A stretch of DNA of 64,000 nucleotides from Mobula hypostoma. Its lineage: Eukaryota. The translations under genes were made by a program, and so were the position numbers. The stretch lies in contig NC_086108.1 in assembly GCF_963921235.1 (NCBI RefSeq), forward strand, positions 90,460,001 through 90,524,000. Direction: 5' to 3'. This document shows positions 51,300 to 64,000 of this stretch, one piece after another; within the stretch, counting starts at the first letter, position 1; each line of letters begins with the position of its first letter. A model generated the notes under the pieces. That model was given only the letters and a program-made list of their open reading frames with translations, did no database searches and was not told the DNA's origin.

Positions 51300-53999
51300 C
51301 TCTTGCTGGTTAGAGAGGAGATTAATGCAATAGAAAGGAAGGACATTAGCCAGGAGGATGTGGAATCGATATGGGTAGAGTTGCATAACACTAAGGGGCA
51401 GAAAACGCTGGTGGGAGTTGTGTACAGGCCACCTAACAGTAGTAGTGAGGTTGGGGATGGTATTAAACAGGAAATTAGAAATGTGTGCAATAAAGGAAAA
51501 GCAGTTATAATGGGTGACTTCAATCTACATATAGATTGGATGAACCAAATTGGTAAGGGTGCTAAGGAAGAGGATTTCTTGGAATGTATGCGGGATGGTT
51601 TATTGAACCAACCTGTTGAGGAACCAACTAGAGAGCAGGCTATTCTAGACTGGGTATTGAGCAATGAGGAAGGGTTAATTAGCAATCTTGTCGTGAGAGG
51701 CCCCTTGGGTAAGAGTGACCATAATACGGTGGAATTCTTCATTCAGCTGGAGAGTGACATAGTTAATTCAGAAACAAAGGTTCTGAACTTAAAGAAGGGT
51801 AACTTTGAAGGTATGAGATGTGAATTAGCTAAGGTAGACTGGCAAATGACACTTAAAGGGTTGGCGGTGGATATGCAATGGCAAGAATTTAAAGATCACA
51901 TGGATGAACTACAACAATTGTTCATCCCAGTTTGGCAAAAGAATAAATTAAGGAAGGTAGTGCACCTGTGGCTGACATGGGAAATTAGGGATAGTATCAA
52001 TTCCAAAGCAGAAGCATACAAATTAGCCAGAAAAAGTGGCTCACCTGAGGACTGGGAGAAATTCAGAGTTCAGCAGAGGAGGACAAAGGGCTTAATAAGG
52101 AAGGGGAAAAAAGATTATGAGAGAAAACTGGCAGGGAACATAAAAACTGACTGTAAAAGCTTTTATAGATATGTGAAAAGAAAAAGATTGGTTAAGACAA
52201 ATGTAGGTCCCCTACAGACAGTAACAGGTGAATTGATTATGGGGAGCAAGGCATTGGCAGACCAATTGAATAATTACTTTGGTTCTGTCTTCACTAAGGA
52301 GGACATAAATAATCTTCCAGAAATAGTAGGGGACAGAGGGTCCAGTGAGATGGAGGAACTGAGGGAAATGCATGTTAGTAGGGAAGTGGTGTTAGGTAAA
52401 TTGAAGGGATTAAAGGCAGATAAATCCCCAGGGCCAGATGGTCTGCATCCCAGAGTGCTTAAGGAAGTAGCCCAAGAAATAGTGGATGCATTAGTGATAA
52501 TTTTTCGGAACTCTTTAGATTCTGGTCTAGTTCCTGAGGATTGGAGGGTGGCTAATGTAACCGCACTTTTTAAAAAAGGAGGGAGAGAGAAACTGGGGAA
52601 TTTTAGACCGGTTAGCCTGACATCGGTGGTGGGGAAACTGCTAGAGTCAGTTATCAAAGATGTGATAACAACACATTTGGAAAGCAGTGAAATCATCGGT
52701 CAAAGTCAGCATGGATTTGTGAAAGGAAAATCATGTCTGACGAATCTCACAGAATTTTTTGAGGATGTAACTAGTAGAGTGGATAGGGGAGAACCAGTGG
52801 ATGTGGTATATTTGGATTTTCAAAAGGCTTTTGACAAGGTCCCACACGGGAGATTAGTGTGCAAGCTTAAAGCACACGGAATTGGGGGTAAGGTATTGAT
52901 GTGGATAGAGAATTGGTTGGCAGACAGGAATCAAAGAGTGGGAATAAATGGGACCTTTTCAGAATGGCAGGCAGTAACTAGTGGGGTACCGCAAGGCTCA
53001 GTGCTGGGACCCCAGTTGTTTACAATATATATTAATGACTTGGATGAGGGAATTAAATGCAGCATCTCCAAGTTTGCAGATGACACAAAGCTGGGCGGCA
53101 GTGTTAGCTGTGAGGAGGATGCTAAGAGGATGCAGGGTGACTTGGATAGGTTAGGTGAGTGGGCAAATTCATGGCAGATGCAATTTAATGTGGATAAATG
53201 TGAGGTTATCCACTTTGGTGGCAAAAACAGGAAAACAGATTATTATCTGAATGGTGGCCGATTAGGAAAAGGGGAGGTGCAACGAGACCTGGGTGTCATT
53301 ATACACCAGTCATTGAAAGTGGGCATGCAGGTACAGCAGGCGGTGAAAAAGGCGAATGGTATGCTGGCATTTATAGCGAGAGGATTCGAGTACAGGAGCA
53401 GGGAGGTACTACTGCAGTTGTACAAGGCCTTGGTGAGACCACACGTGGAGTATTGTGTGCAGTTTTGGTCCCCTGATCTGAGGAAAGACATCCTTGCCAT
53501 AGAAGGAGTACAAAGAAGGTTCACCAGATTGATTCCTGGGATGGCAGGACTTTCATATGATGAAAGACTGGATGAACTAGGCTTATACTTGTTGGAATTT
53601 AGAAGATTGAGGGGGATCTTATTGAAACGTATAAAATCCTAAAGGGATTGGACAGGCTAGATGCAGGAAGATTTATCCCGATATTGGGGAAGTTCAGAAC
53701 GAGCGGTCACAGTTTGTGGATAAAGGGGAAGCCTTTTAGGACCAAGATGAGGAAAAACTTCTTCACTCAGAGAGTGGTGAATCTGTGGAATTCTCTGCCA
53801 CAGGAAACAGTTGAGGCCAGTTGATTGGCTATATTTAAGAGGGAGTTAGATATGGCCCTTGTGGCTAAAGGGATCAGGGGGTATGGAGGGAAGGCTGGTA
53901 CAGGGTTCTGAGTTGGATGATCGTCCATGACCATACTGAATGGCGGTGCAGGCTCGAAGGGCCGAATGACCTACTCCTGCACCTATTTTGTATGTTTCT
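51300..53999 (+). mobile_element. Young 5'-truncated CR1 LINE inserted in another CR1 tail (51126-51299 + 54000-54120)
   Basis: Host text ttaagagactcttgga | taggtacatggagc matches the intact copy at 41654-41683; own tail tatgtttcta. Confidence 0.96.
51303..53642 (+). pseudogene. CR1 ORF2 (partial APE endonuclease + complete RT), 779 codons open, 5'-truncated with a frameshift near 53610
   Basis: ESIWVEL, GVVYRPP, MGDFN, ILDWVL, SDHN; KSPGPDG, NFRPVSLTS, QHGF, DFQKAFDKV, GVPQGSVLGP, KFADDTK. Confidence 0.93.
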
Positions 54000-54121
54000 A
54001 TAGGTACATGGAGCTTAGAAAAATGGGTCAGCCTAGGTAATTTCTAAAGTAAGTATATGTTCGGCACAGCATTGTGGGCCGAAGGGCCTGTATTGTGCTG
54101 TAGGTTTTCTACGTTCTATGT

Positions 54122-54159
54122 TCTCTCTTTCTCTCTCTCTGTCTCTAGTGTGTGTGTGC

Positions 54160-54200
<41 letters not shown>
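54122..54200. repeat. (CT)n(GT)n microsatellite
   Basis: Directly visible. Confidence 0.97.
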
Positions 54201-57200
54201 GCACACGCGCATGGATTCATTGACCAATGGACCATTCAGAAATCTAATGGCAGAGGGGAAGAAGCTGTTCCTAAAATGTTATGTGTGTGTTTTTAGGGTC
54301 CTGTTCTTACTCTCTGATGGTAGTAATGAGAAGGGTGCATGTCCTGGATTGTGGGGGTCCTTAATGAAGGATGCCACCTTTCTGATGTATCTCCTTTTGA
54401 ATCTGTCCTTGATGGGTGGGTAAGATAGTGTCCGTGATGGAGCTGGCCAGCAGTATGAAGGACAAGCTTTTCACTGTACTTCGATGTATGTAAAAACAAT
54501 AAACTACTTCCAATTCCAACTAGCCATGTCTTCCTAATGTTTTCCTCTCACAGTCAAACTCCCGGTCAATGTTTGTATCACCTGATAACCTATTTATAAT
54601 GATCCTTTGTTAAATCTAAGTCATTTATACATATGTCAAAAAAGGACCCATGTACTGAGTCATGTGGATCCTGCAGATAATAACCTTCAAAAACACCCAT
54701 CAACTGTAATCCTTTGATTTTCCAGTTTTTAATTCAGTTGCCACTCTCCCCTGAATCCCATGAGTTTTTAGTTTTGGTCAGTCTGTCGTGAGGCCCTGAT
54801 TAAAAGCTTTTCTAAAATCCATGCAGACTGTGTTTAGTTATCTTACTGCCATTATTTTGTTTCTGATCAAGGTACTGCTATCAATAAAATTATAAACAGG
54901 ACAGCATTGGAAAAGGCTATTTGTCCATCAAATTTACTCAGGCTCTTTTCAGAACTAGTTTGTCAGATTGGCTGGCACTTTTCCAATATTCACACAATTA
55001 TTTTCTCCATAAAATTTTCTTTTGTCTAATTACCCTTAGTAGCTTCCTATTTAATCCGTTCCCACTTGCACATCAGACAGCAGATTCCAAGTACTGATCA
55101 TTTATTGCTTTTAAATACAAATTCCCAATATTTCAAAATACATTGTTCTCTCAGTTGTTTAAATGGCCATTTTGAGTACTAAGGTTTCTTTAACTTCCAC
55201 TGGTGCAGGCAGATTGGCTTCTGTTTTAAAGTATTCCCTAAAGAATATGAGTGTAAGGGAGATAAAACTTGAAATAATGGTGGGATAAAACAAAGCGATG
55301 GGTGATTATTCTTTACAAGGAAAAGAAATCTAAAAGTTTGTTTCTTTTCTATTGGGGAGCTAGCAATTGTACTACTGAAACACAAGATGAAGCTGATAAC
55401 TTCGATAAAAGACACATGAACCATTGTAGAAGGAAATACACTGAACGCGACAGAAAGGATTTTTTAATTCCCCATGTAAAGTAGAAGGCAAGGGAATTGG
55501 GCAAGGGAACTCTGTCAGAAAATATTGAATTTGGATACTGAACATAATGGATAATAAATTTTGCTTGCATGTCCAAATAACCTACTACAGTTAGAAGTTA
55601 ACATTCCTGCAAGAACACTATAAAGCATCCTGTTCCCTGGTTTGTGCCATATGTGTGTATGTAATAAAGAACTTCAATTCCTAGTGTGCAGTTCAGGCCC
55701 AGTACTGGAAGTCACATTGGTGAGCTGTGCGCATGTGGTCATCTTAGTTGGAGTGTCCCGAATAAAAATGCGTTAGATTTTACCCATACTGTTCGTCTTT
55801 ATGAAGAGAAACTTAACAGGTTCCTTCTTCATCGCCACTGTATATTTTCTTTCTCTCAAGTATCTATCCATTTTCCTTTTGAAAGTGATAACTGTTCTGT
55901 GCCCACCATGCTCAAACCCAGAGAGCCGTGAGCGCTGAGGCATTAAGTGTCATCGAGGCAGAGGTTGCAAGGTTTTGGAACTGCTTGGGAATTAAATATT
56001 AGACAGGGACATGGAGTTGAAGCCAACAATCAGAACATCCTTGATGGGGCTGTGTTTCCTGTGTTTGCTATTTCTATATGATCTGAAGCATTAGGCGATG
56101 AATTTCAGATTATCCTCCGATCATGCTCGCTGCAGGAGGCCTGCATGTTTTAAATTCATTTACTTGGTTTATGATCTTTCCAATGAAAGGGCATTTCTTT
56201 CTTTTCCCCACTTAGCCAAGACACTGAGTATCTCTACCCGCTACTAATCTCAGAATCTCCAATCCGTCCACATTATGGAAGCCCCTCATTCAAAAGATTT
56301 TATTAAATATTTTTATGCACTCTCTGGAGTCTAAAAGTGTTATTTATCTTTGCCACATAACAGATGAATTCTGATCAGAAACAGGTCACTTTATTAAGGC
56401 TTTTGATAAAAGATTTTGTCATCTAGGTTTTCCCTCATGCTGGCCCTATTGTCATCTTACCTTAGTTGTCATTTAGATTATTATGCCCGATTAGTATCTA
56501 GCACAGTCTTTTCATGGATATCAGGATTGTTACCCCTTAACTGAGTGATATTTTAGCATCAGACCATCTAACCAGATTCTGTTTCACAATCCTGTTAAAC
56601 TTAATGTAGAATTTCTTGACCCTGGGCGAAAGTGACTTGCCTGTTCCAATACCTGGATTCATCTCCCCATAGACTGATGCATTCACCATCCACAGCCTAT
56701 CACAAGGCAGCTCTCATATAAGTCAATTTTCATGGCTATTTAAGTATCTGCTTATGTGCTGTTGTGTTCCATCTTCAGTGTAATGAGAACTGTTTTATTT
56801 GTCCTGGAATATGAAAGATCTTGAGTAGGTTGTTATTTGGATTCTTTGAAGACTGCTGCTGGAGAACATGGTTCCATAATATTGTTCAATAAGGAGTGTT
56901 TTTTTTTCTCCCAAGCTATATCCTTCTCTCAATTCCACTCCTGGTTTTGTATTAGAAGAATGAAATAACTGAAATGGTTGCTCTGGGCATAGTTCCTTGA
57001 GGAATTCCAGCAGCATTGCGCTCAAGCCTTGATAATTTATCCCCAACAATCACTGTCACCAGTCCTTGGATGATTCTGGTCACTGGCAGGCCCTAGCTTT
57101 AACATCCAGCTCTTCCCCTCTGCAGCAACACTTCAGCATCAGTAGTAATAAGCCACACTTGACTGAAAACACAAGTAAATCATTGTACTTCATGCAGATA

Positions 57201-58682
57201 GACATTTATATAACTAAATCCTAAGTCATAAGCTAATACAGTAATGTCAACAAATTTTCAGCTGCAACTGTATATTTTTTTTGTCTTCCTCTTACTGTTG
57301 CTATGTTCCCCTTAGGAAAACTCAGTGCAGATGAGCAAGTATTCCAGAATTTTTATTGTCCCTTTTGTAAAGAACTTTGCATTTTTCCATACATTTCCTC
57401 TGTTTCCAAATTGCAAGCATATTCAAATTTTCCCAGCAAGTATCCTGTTCAGTTTCACAATCTGTCACCCTTGCTGGTTTGTGGGCCTGATTCTAAAGCC
57501 ACTAGCCCTGAATGTGGTGGAAATTCTGAGCAGCTCAAATCAGATTAACTTGCTCAGTGCAGAAATATTGAGTTTAATGGCTGCACTTCTCGATTGTTTC
57601 TTGGTTCTATTTGAAGTCCAAAGGCAGTACACAATCTTACTCAGTTCCATAACCATTTTTGCAATGGAGAAGGAGAAGTACAAGATAATATACATGTCTT
57701 AAATTGATTGTGTTTGCTTTAATAGTTTTAAATATTTGCTAATGTTTTTAAAATTTTAAATGTTTCTAAATCATAATTATTAAAAACCAAACAATTTTAC
57801 GTATCTGAGGTGATTATTTCCTACGTTCCTGCTCTCACCGATCCCCCAGTAAATCAAATAGAATACCCCTCGTCCAGTTCAACGTCAGCAGCCTCTGCTT
57901 TCAAATGAAGATATCTGAATGGTTCAGAAGCATTCAGTCATTGACAGCTTTGATATCTGGCAACACTGGTGGTCAACATTCTTTCATTTTGGGTGGGGCT
58001 AGTGTAATGGGGTGGGTTGATCAGGCTCAAAAGATCCAAACCAACTTGAGTGTCCAGGAAATGTGGTAGTAAGCATACAAACCTGACAAAGTAACTTGAG
58101 CCTAATTTGTTATCATTAAAACAGAAAGCACAAGTGAACCACACTAAATACTATGTCATGAGCTACAAAGATTTCAGATTTGATTTGTAGTCTCATGATT
58201 TATAATCTCCATTTGATTGTTGCTTTGTTGGGGGAACAACTAATTCCAACTCGTGAAATCACCCTGGGTCTATCCAAGGCACTGATGATCACATTTTCTC
58301 AGTCCAGGTGAAGTTCCAAGAACTGAGCAAAAGGTACCTCAATAAATAGGGGTTCAATCCACAAGCAGAAAAAATTGCTGGTCTTTTGTTCTCATGCTAC
58401 TAGTGCCTAAGGCCAAAAAGAATCCAGCCACTATTAGCAAGCATTTAACAAACCTACAGTGTTTAACTTGTACAAATATCTTACATGCAGTGAGTTCACA
58501 AGGAGTTAAAGTGTTGCTTGGAATTGTTCAGAGTTTCATCTAATATGTTTACAATATTTAATACACCGCAGCACAGCTAGTTCTGGCATATAAAAGCATT
58601 TTGCAGCTCAAAAATCTGCAGTCATGCAGGGCCTCAACATTTCAGATCTAGATTTCACTTAACAGGAAAGCATCTTTGATAT

Positions 58683-58870
58683 ACACAAAGTGCTGGAGAA
58701 ACTCAGCAGGTCAGGCAGCATCTATAGAGAGGAATAAACAGTCAGTGTTTCAGGCCGAGACTCTTCATCAGGAATGTTTATTCCTCTCCATAGATGCTGA
58801 CTTACCTGCTGAGTTCCTCCAGCATTTTGTGCATGTTGTTCAAGATTTCAAGCAGCTGCAGAATCTCTAG
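58683..58870. mobile_element. Penelope-like fold-back element with hammerhead-like core in the loop
   Basis: ~58-bp inverted arms 58683-58740 / 58775-58832; minus strand of loop reads cattc-CTGATGA-agagtctcggcct-GAAA-cact-gactg. Confidence 0.8.
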
Positions 58871-59074
58871 TGCTTTAACCTTACATTGTAAAAACATAAA
58901 TACAAATGTTTTCTATATGCCTAACAGCAGACATGGTAACTCACCACTGACAACATACCTTAGGTCTCCAGCGACTCCAGGTTGTATTCATTCCTTCAGG
59001 CAGTGAAGAAAAGCCATTAATTACTTCGATCTCTTGTAAATAATAAAGGGTAAAACTGCAAATGCTTTTAGGGT

Positions 59075-59530
59075 CATAATGTCATACAACAATACAGCAC
59101 AGAAACAGGCCTTTTGGTCCATCTAATCCATGTCAAATATTATTCTGGCTAGTCCCATTGACTTGCACCCAAGTCATAGCCCCCCATATGCCTCTCATCA
59201 ATGTACCTATCCAAATTTCTCTTAAATGTTGAAATCAAACACACATCCACTACCTCCTCTGGCAGCTAGTTCCACACTATTAGCACCCTCTGACTGAAGA
59301 TGTTCCCCATTGTGCTCCCCTTAAACATTTTACTTTTCTCCTTTAACCCATGACCTCTAGTTCTAATCTCACCCAACCTCAGTGGAAAAGTCTGCTTGCA
59401 TTTACCCTATTTATGCCCCACGTAATGTTGAACCTCATTCTCCTACGCTCTAGGGAATAAAGTCATATCCTTCTTTAACTCAGGTTCTCAACTCCTGGCG
59501 AAATCCTTATAACTTTTCTGTGCAATCTCT
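59075..59530 (-). mobile_element. CR1 3' fragment
   Basis: acagcacagaaacaggcctttt tail; homologous to 25815-26280. Confidence 0.85.
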
Positions 59531-60561
59531 TTTCTAAATAGTTTCTTGAACAACTGAAAGTTTATGTTGAGGTCAGTGTAAAGTGGGTACGAATAAGATT
59601 CTTCTGCTACAGATGTAATGATAAGGAGGTTATCAAAATTGTTATGTGCAATTTATGGGAAGTGATAATTCAATAATATATAAATAACTATAACAATTCA
59701 TCCAGTGTTGTTTAGGAGGTAATAAAAGAAGAAAAGGAGAATGAGTGGGTTTGATTATGTGCAATGAATCTGAATGATGTCCAAATTATTATGAATTTGC
59801 TGTATTCCTTGCTGTAATCTAATAGTGCTTCATTGTAATTTATGTTCTGGTTTGGAATAAGTCTGTTAAATGCCCTCTCTCTTTTCCTTGTTCTCCTTTA
59901 TTTCCTCTGTTCAATAACCTTCCTTTTTTAATTTATTGCTGCAAATTCCTGTTCTAACATTTGTGTTCTGCTTTCCTTATTCTCTTCCGTTCCCACTTTT
60001 TCTTATTTCTTTTCTAAAACTCCATTTAAAGAAAATTAAATCAAAATATGCTTGGGAATCTAAAAATACCCGGCTGTTTTAAAGACAGCTCTCTTTAAAG
60101 CTGAAGCTCAAAACAACTTGAGAGTATGATTGCTGCTGTTGTGTGTATGTTTTATATTACTTTATTTGTTAGAGACCTGTGATTTATCTTGTCCCAGGGA
60201 TATTTACATCTCACACAGAGTTATTCAGAAGCAGCTAGTTTTCCACCCTTAGAAAAACTGCCTTAGGGAAAACAAACTATTTAAATAGGAAACATATATA
60301 GTTTCAAGCATAAAATATTAAGATATGCATTAGAATGGAGTATTTGTAATCAGATATACATGCTTCGCTTCTTGTGTGCATCCCTCTCATACATGGGGAG
60401 TTAGTGATAAGATTTCCATGACAACCACATTGTGAATAAGATTGACTTTTGGCAGGTTTATAATGTCAATTTTGATTATGCATCGGAGTCACTCCATAGG
60501 ATATGTTGCTTGAAAAGAGATGCGTTTTAATATATGAGAATAAAAGTGAATGCTTATATGA

Positions 60562-60675
<114 letters not shown>

Positions 60676-60684
60676 TAAGTCCAA

Positions 60685-60698
60685 GTCACCATGGCAAC
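60685..60698. promoter_or_regulatory. Candidate RFX X-box motif
   Basis: GTCACCATGGCAAC, 12/14 match to the palindromic X-box GTTGCCATGGCAAC. Confidence 0.35.
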
Positions 60699-62206
60699 AA
60701 TCACCGCCGTGGTAATGAAAAAAGCCATTCTTTATTATTGTGAGGAACAAATGAGTTCATTGCCACCATTCTGATCTTTTCTCTAAGGTATTAATTTGTC
60801 AGTAGAGCATCTTCCCTTGAGGCTGTGCTTAGGTTGCAAGGATGCAGCTAGTTCAGCTTGTGTGTGCACTCAGAATTTAAATAATGTTTTCACTTCAGCT
60901 CCCTGCTACCAGAAGCAAAAAAAAGCTTTTTTTTCTGTAGGTCTTCAACCACTTAAGAGGAGCTCAATCATTTTAGCTCAACTGCTGATTGGTATTATGA
61001 CATTTTCTTCACTCCTGGGAGTACTTTGTGTCTAGAAATATTCCTGTCGAAAGTAAATTTGTAGCAAATTTTATCAATTCCATTCTCTGAATCTTAAATT
61101 TCATAAAAAGTGGATTATTTGCATTTAAACTATGAGATACCATTTTTATTAAAGACGTGTGGTAGTGTAGCTAAAACACTAAAGTGATATGTGAGTTATA
61201 GCTCATTCAGTTGATTTAGTAAAAGTGATGATAAGTTCCCATTTAGATTATTTTACAATCTTTCTATGTCCATTTCTTTGCCCAACTTTGCTGATGTGTT
61301 GGTATTTGTTTGTGGAAAATACCTTCTTAAACAATGTATGGTCATCTGCATAAGATAACGCTGACAAAGAGCAGTCTGCTCCTGTAGAGTTTCAGTGATT
61401 CTTGTACACTTTGATTAAATTTTAATGCCATTTGGGAGCTGATGGGACACTTCATTCTCTGTCAATGCTAACAATGTTAATTCTTAGAAATTGTGTTTGT
61501 AACATAATTGGTGAGGTGCAGTGTATTCAAAAGATATGTAACGTCACCCAACTTGACACGGTGGGCAGATCTTGCTGAAGGGGATTGGCAGTTCTAGTCT
61601 GCTGTCAATCCCAAAACTCAATTCTGTGGCTGGACACCACATTCAGTTTCCAGTGTCATGTTGGAGATAACCCAGCCCCAACTTTCATCCATTATAAATT
61701 GCTACCCTACCATTTGAGAATCAAGGATATGAGATCTACTTCATCTCACCAACATCTTGAAGATGTGGAGGTCTAGTCCCTTTGATCTGGTTCAGATGAA
61801 TGTAGGATAGCAGAAATCACACACCACTACTTTGGGCACTGTGAGATTTGACCCTATCTGTTAAAAATCACATTCTGCTAATTTTCTTTATTATTCTTTA
61901 GATTGATTTAATTTGCATAAATGTTATTGTATATGTAAGTTAGTGGAGGTTAACTCAGCTCAGCAGAGACATGAAATTTCATAACATTGAATGTAACTTT
62001 GACTGCTAACATAATTAATTGTATTATTTATTATAATGTAAGATTTAATTCATCTTTTAAATTTAATTCTATAATAGTTAATAATGATGCCCCATTGAAA
62101 GCAGTAAATTTGAGTCTGACACTGCCATCACCTGAGGGTGAGAATAGAATTGGACAAATTGGCGATATCTTTAATAGCCATCGTCTCTTATATCCATCGT
62201 CTCTTA

Positions 62207-63175
62207 TATCCATAAGATCATAAGACGTATGAGCAGAGTTAGGCCATTTAGCCCTTTGAATCTTCTCCACCATTCAGTCATAAAAGCTGATATATTTTCT
62301 CTCTCAACCCTACTCTTCTGCCTTCTCCCCATAACCTTTGATACCTTACTAATCAAGAACCTATCAACCTCCATTTTAAATATACCGAATGACCTGGCCT
62401 CCACAGCCATGTGTGGCAATGAGTTCCACAGATTCACCGTGCTTTGGCTAAAGAAATTCCCCCTCATATCTATTCTAAAGGAACATTCTTCGACTGTGGG
62501 GCTGTGCCCTCTGGTCCTAGACTCCCCCGCTATTGGAAATGACTTGCTCATGTCCACTCTATCTAGGACTTTCAATATGTGGTAGGCTTTAGTGAGCAAA
62601 GCCCTCATTCTCTAAACTTCAGCAATACAGACCAAGAGCCATTAACCCTTTCATTCTGATACATTAAGACTTTCATTCCTGGGATCAATCTTCTTAAACT
62701 TCTCTGGATCTGCTCCAGTACCAGCAAATCCTTCCTTGGATATAGGGTCCAAACCTGCTCACAATATTCCCAAGTGAGGACTGACCAATGCCGAATAAAG
62801 CCACAGCAATCCATCCTTGCTTTTATTATCTAGTCCTCTCAAAATGAACGTCAATATTGCTTTTTCTTTCCTTACCACAGACTCAACTTGCAAGTTAACC
62901 TTTAGGGAATCCTGCACTAGGACTCCCAAATCCCTTTACACCTCCAATTTCTGAACTCGTTCTCCATTTAGAATATAGACTATGCCTTTATTCCTCCTTT
63001 CAAAGTACATGACCATACACTTCCCTATGCCGATTTTCCATTTGCCACTTCTTGACCCGTTCTCCTAATATGTCTAAGTCCTTCTGCAGACTTTCTGCTT
63101 CCTTGCCCCTCCACCTATCTTTGCATCTTTGGAAACATAGCCTCAAAGCCAACAGTTCCGTTATTCAGGTCATTA
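62207..63175 (-). mobile_element. CR1 RT-3' fragment
   Basis: Minus ORFs 62204-62814 (FFSQ..VNLWNSLP, EYCEQVW); cataagatcataagac tail. Confidence 0.88.
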
Positions 63176-63182
63176 AAATATA

Positions 63183-63972
63183 CAGTGGATATTGGTTAAT
63201 TGGGACACATCAGGAACAATTTCATTTTGGCCCAATTAGCCAATGTTTCATGGAAAATATTTAAAAGATATTTAAGTGACCAACTACCATTTAACTGAGA
63301 AACAAATTATGTATTTAAGTGAAATACAGAACAAATTAAAACACTACCAATCCTACTAAATTACTGTAAATCTGTATTAGTTCCTAATAGTTATCAACAG
63401 AGTTCATCCAGTGTGCGCTGCCATTTTTTTGTGATTGACTGTAAATGAATAAAATCAGCGCAGACTCCTAATCAGATAATAGACTGCCTTCATACAATGC
63501 TTTTGACAACTGCATATCTCAAGTCTTCATTTTCATTGTAACCTTCAAGATGATTGTGGATACCTTCAAATTATTCATATTTCCTAGCTTGTTGAAGTAA
63601 TGAAATTGTTTCATTTCCTCTCCTGCTTGTTTCTGCCATCTCCAAGCCCGAAATCCCGGTGAGCAGAACATTTCATAATTTTCTTACTGCTTAATTATCA
63701 CCCACTATCAGTGACAAAAATCACTGCTCTTTGAACAGAAACACACGCTATTTAAAAACTGTTTGCTCTAAGCAAGGTGTAGAGTCTAATGGCCATACAA
63801 GTGCTCACGACTAATACCACTTAGAAACTATTTGTCAACAGTTTCCTGTCCCAATTAAGTGGCATAGTGTCCCAAAAGAACAAAGGGAATTCTTTTTTGT
63901 TCTTTAAAAGAATTGTCTCAAATAAGTAGCTGCCCTGGTTAACAGATAGCCCGATTTAATTGGAATCCACTG
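63183..63972. mobile_element. Complete Tigger/pogo-like non-autonomous DNA transposon
   Basis: TA-cagtggatattggttaattggg ... cccgatttaattggaatccactg-TA; three copies in the window. Confidence 0.85.
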
Positions 63973-64000
63973 TAATGTGAAAAGCAGCAGATCCGACACC

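Noticed and set aside
52274..53524. Long antisense ORFs over CR1 RT
   Set aside because: Shadow frames of the RT coding sequence
51303..53642. Functional or domesticated RT gene
   Set aside because: 5'-truncated mid-endonuclease, no ATG start, frameshift near the C-terminus; ordinary young CR1 copy
54033..54423. ORFs with HTHT/CVCV runs
   Set aside because: Microsatellite plus TE tails
55302..55484. Possible DPYD exon 2 (DNFDKRHMNHCRRK vaguely like LDKKHWKRN)
   Set aside because: No ILALNPR or HWKRN motif and no fitting 111-bp splice boundaries

Overview
Vertebrate nuclear DNA, very probably a cartilaginous fish (ray/shark-type repeat landscape; this is inference). The only host-gene coding sequence I can support is one 83-bp exon at 60592-60674 (+) of DPYD (dihydropyrimidine dehydrogenase), equivalent to human exon 3 / residues 51-78. 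I found no exon 2, so 1-60591 is most likely part of a very large DPYD intron 2. Most of the window is decayed or nested transposons: many CR1 LINEs, Rex1/Babar LINEs and a non-autonomous deletion derivative, RTE remnants, Penelope-like termini with minimal hammerhead-ribozyme cores, tRNA-derived and V-type SINEs, a full-length IR/DR Tc1, Tigger-like and hAT MITEs, and microsatellites. The most unusual feature is a 541-bp CpG-rich insertion at 13389-13929 flanked by an ATCATG duplication. It is a mosaic containing two adjacent pieces of CYHR1/ZFTRAF1 coding sequence in permuted order, fused to an RTE-like 3' tail. Family names come from recognising motifs by eye, not from database searches, and boundaries without a stated TSD/TIR are approximate.
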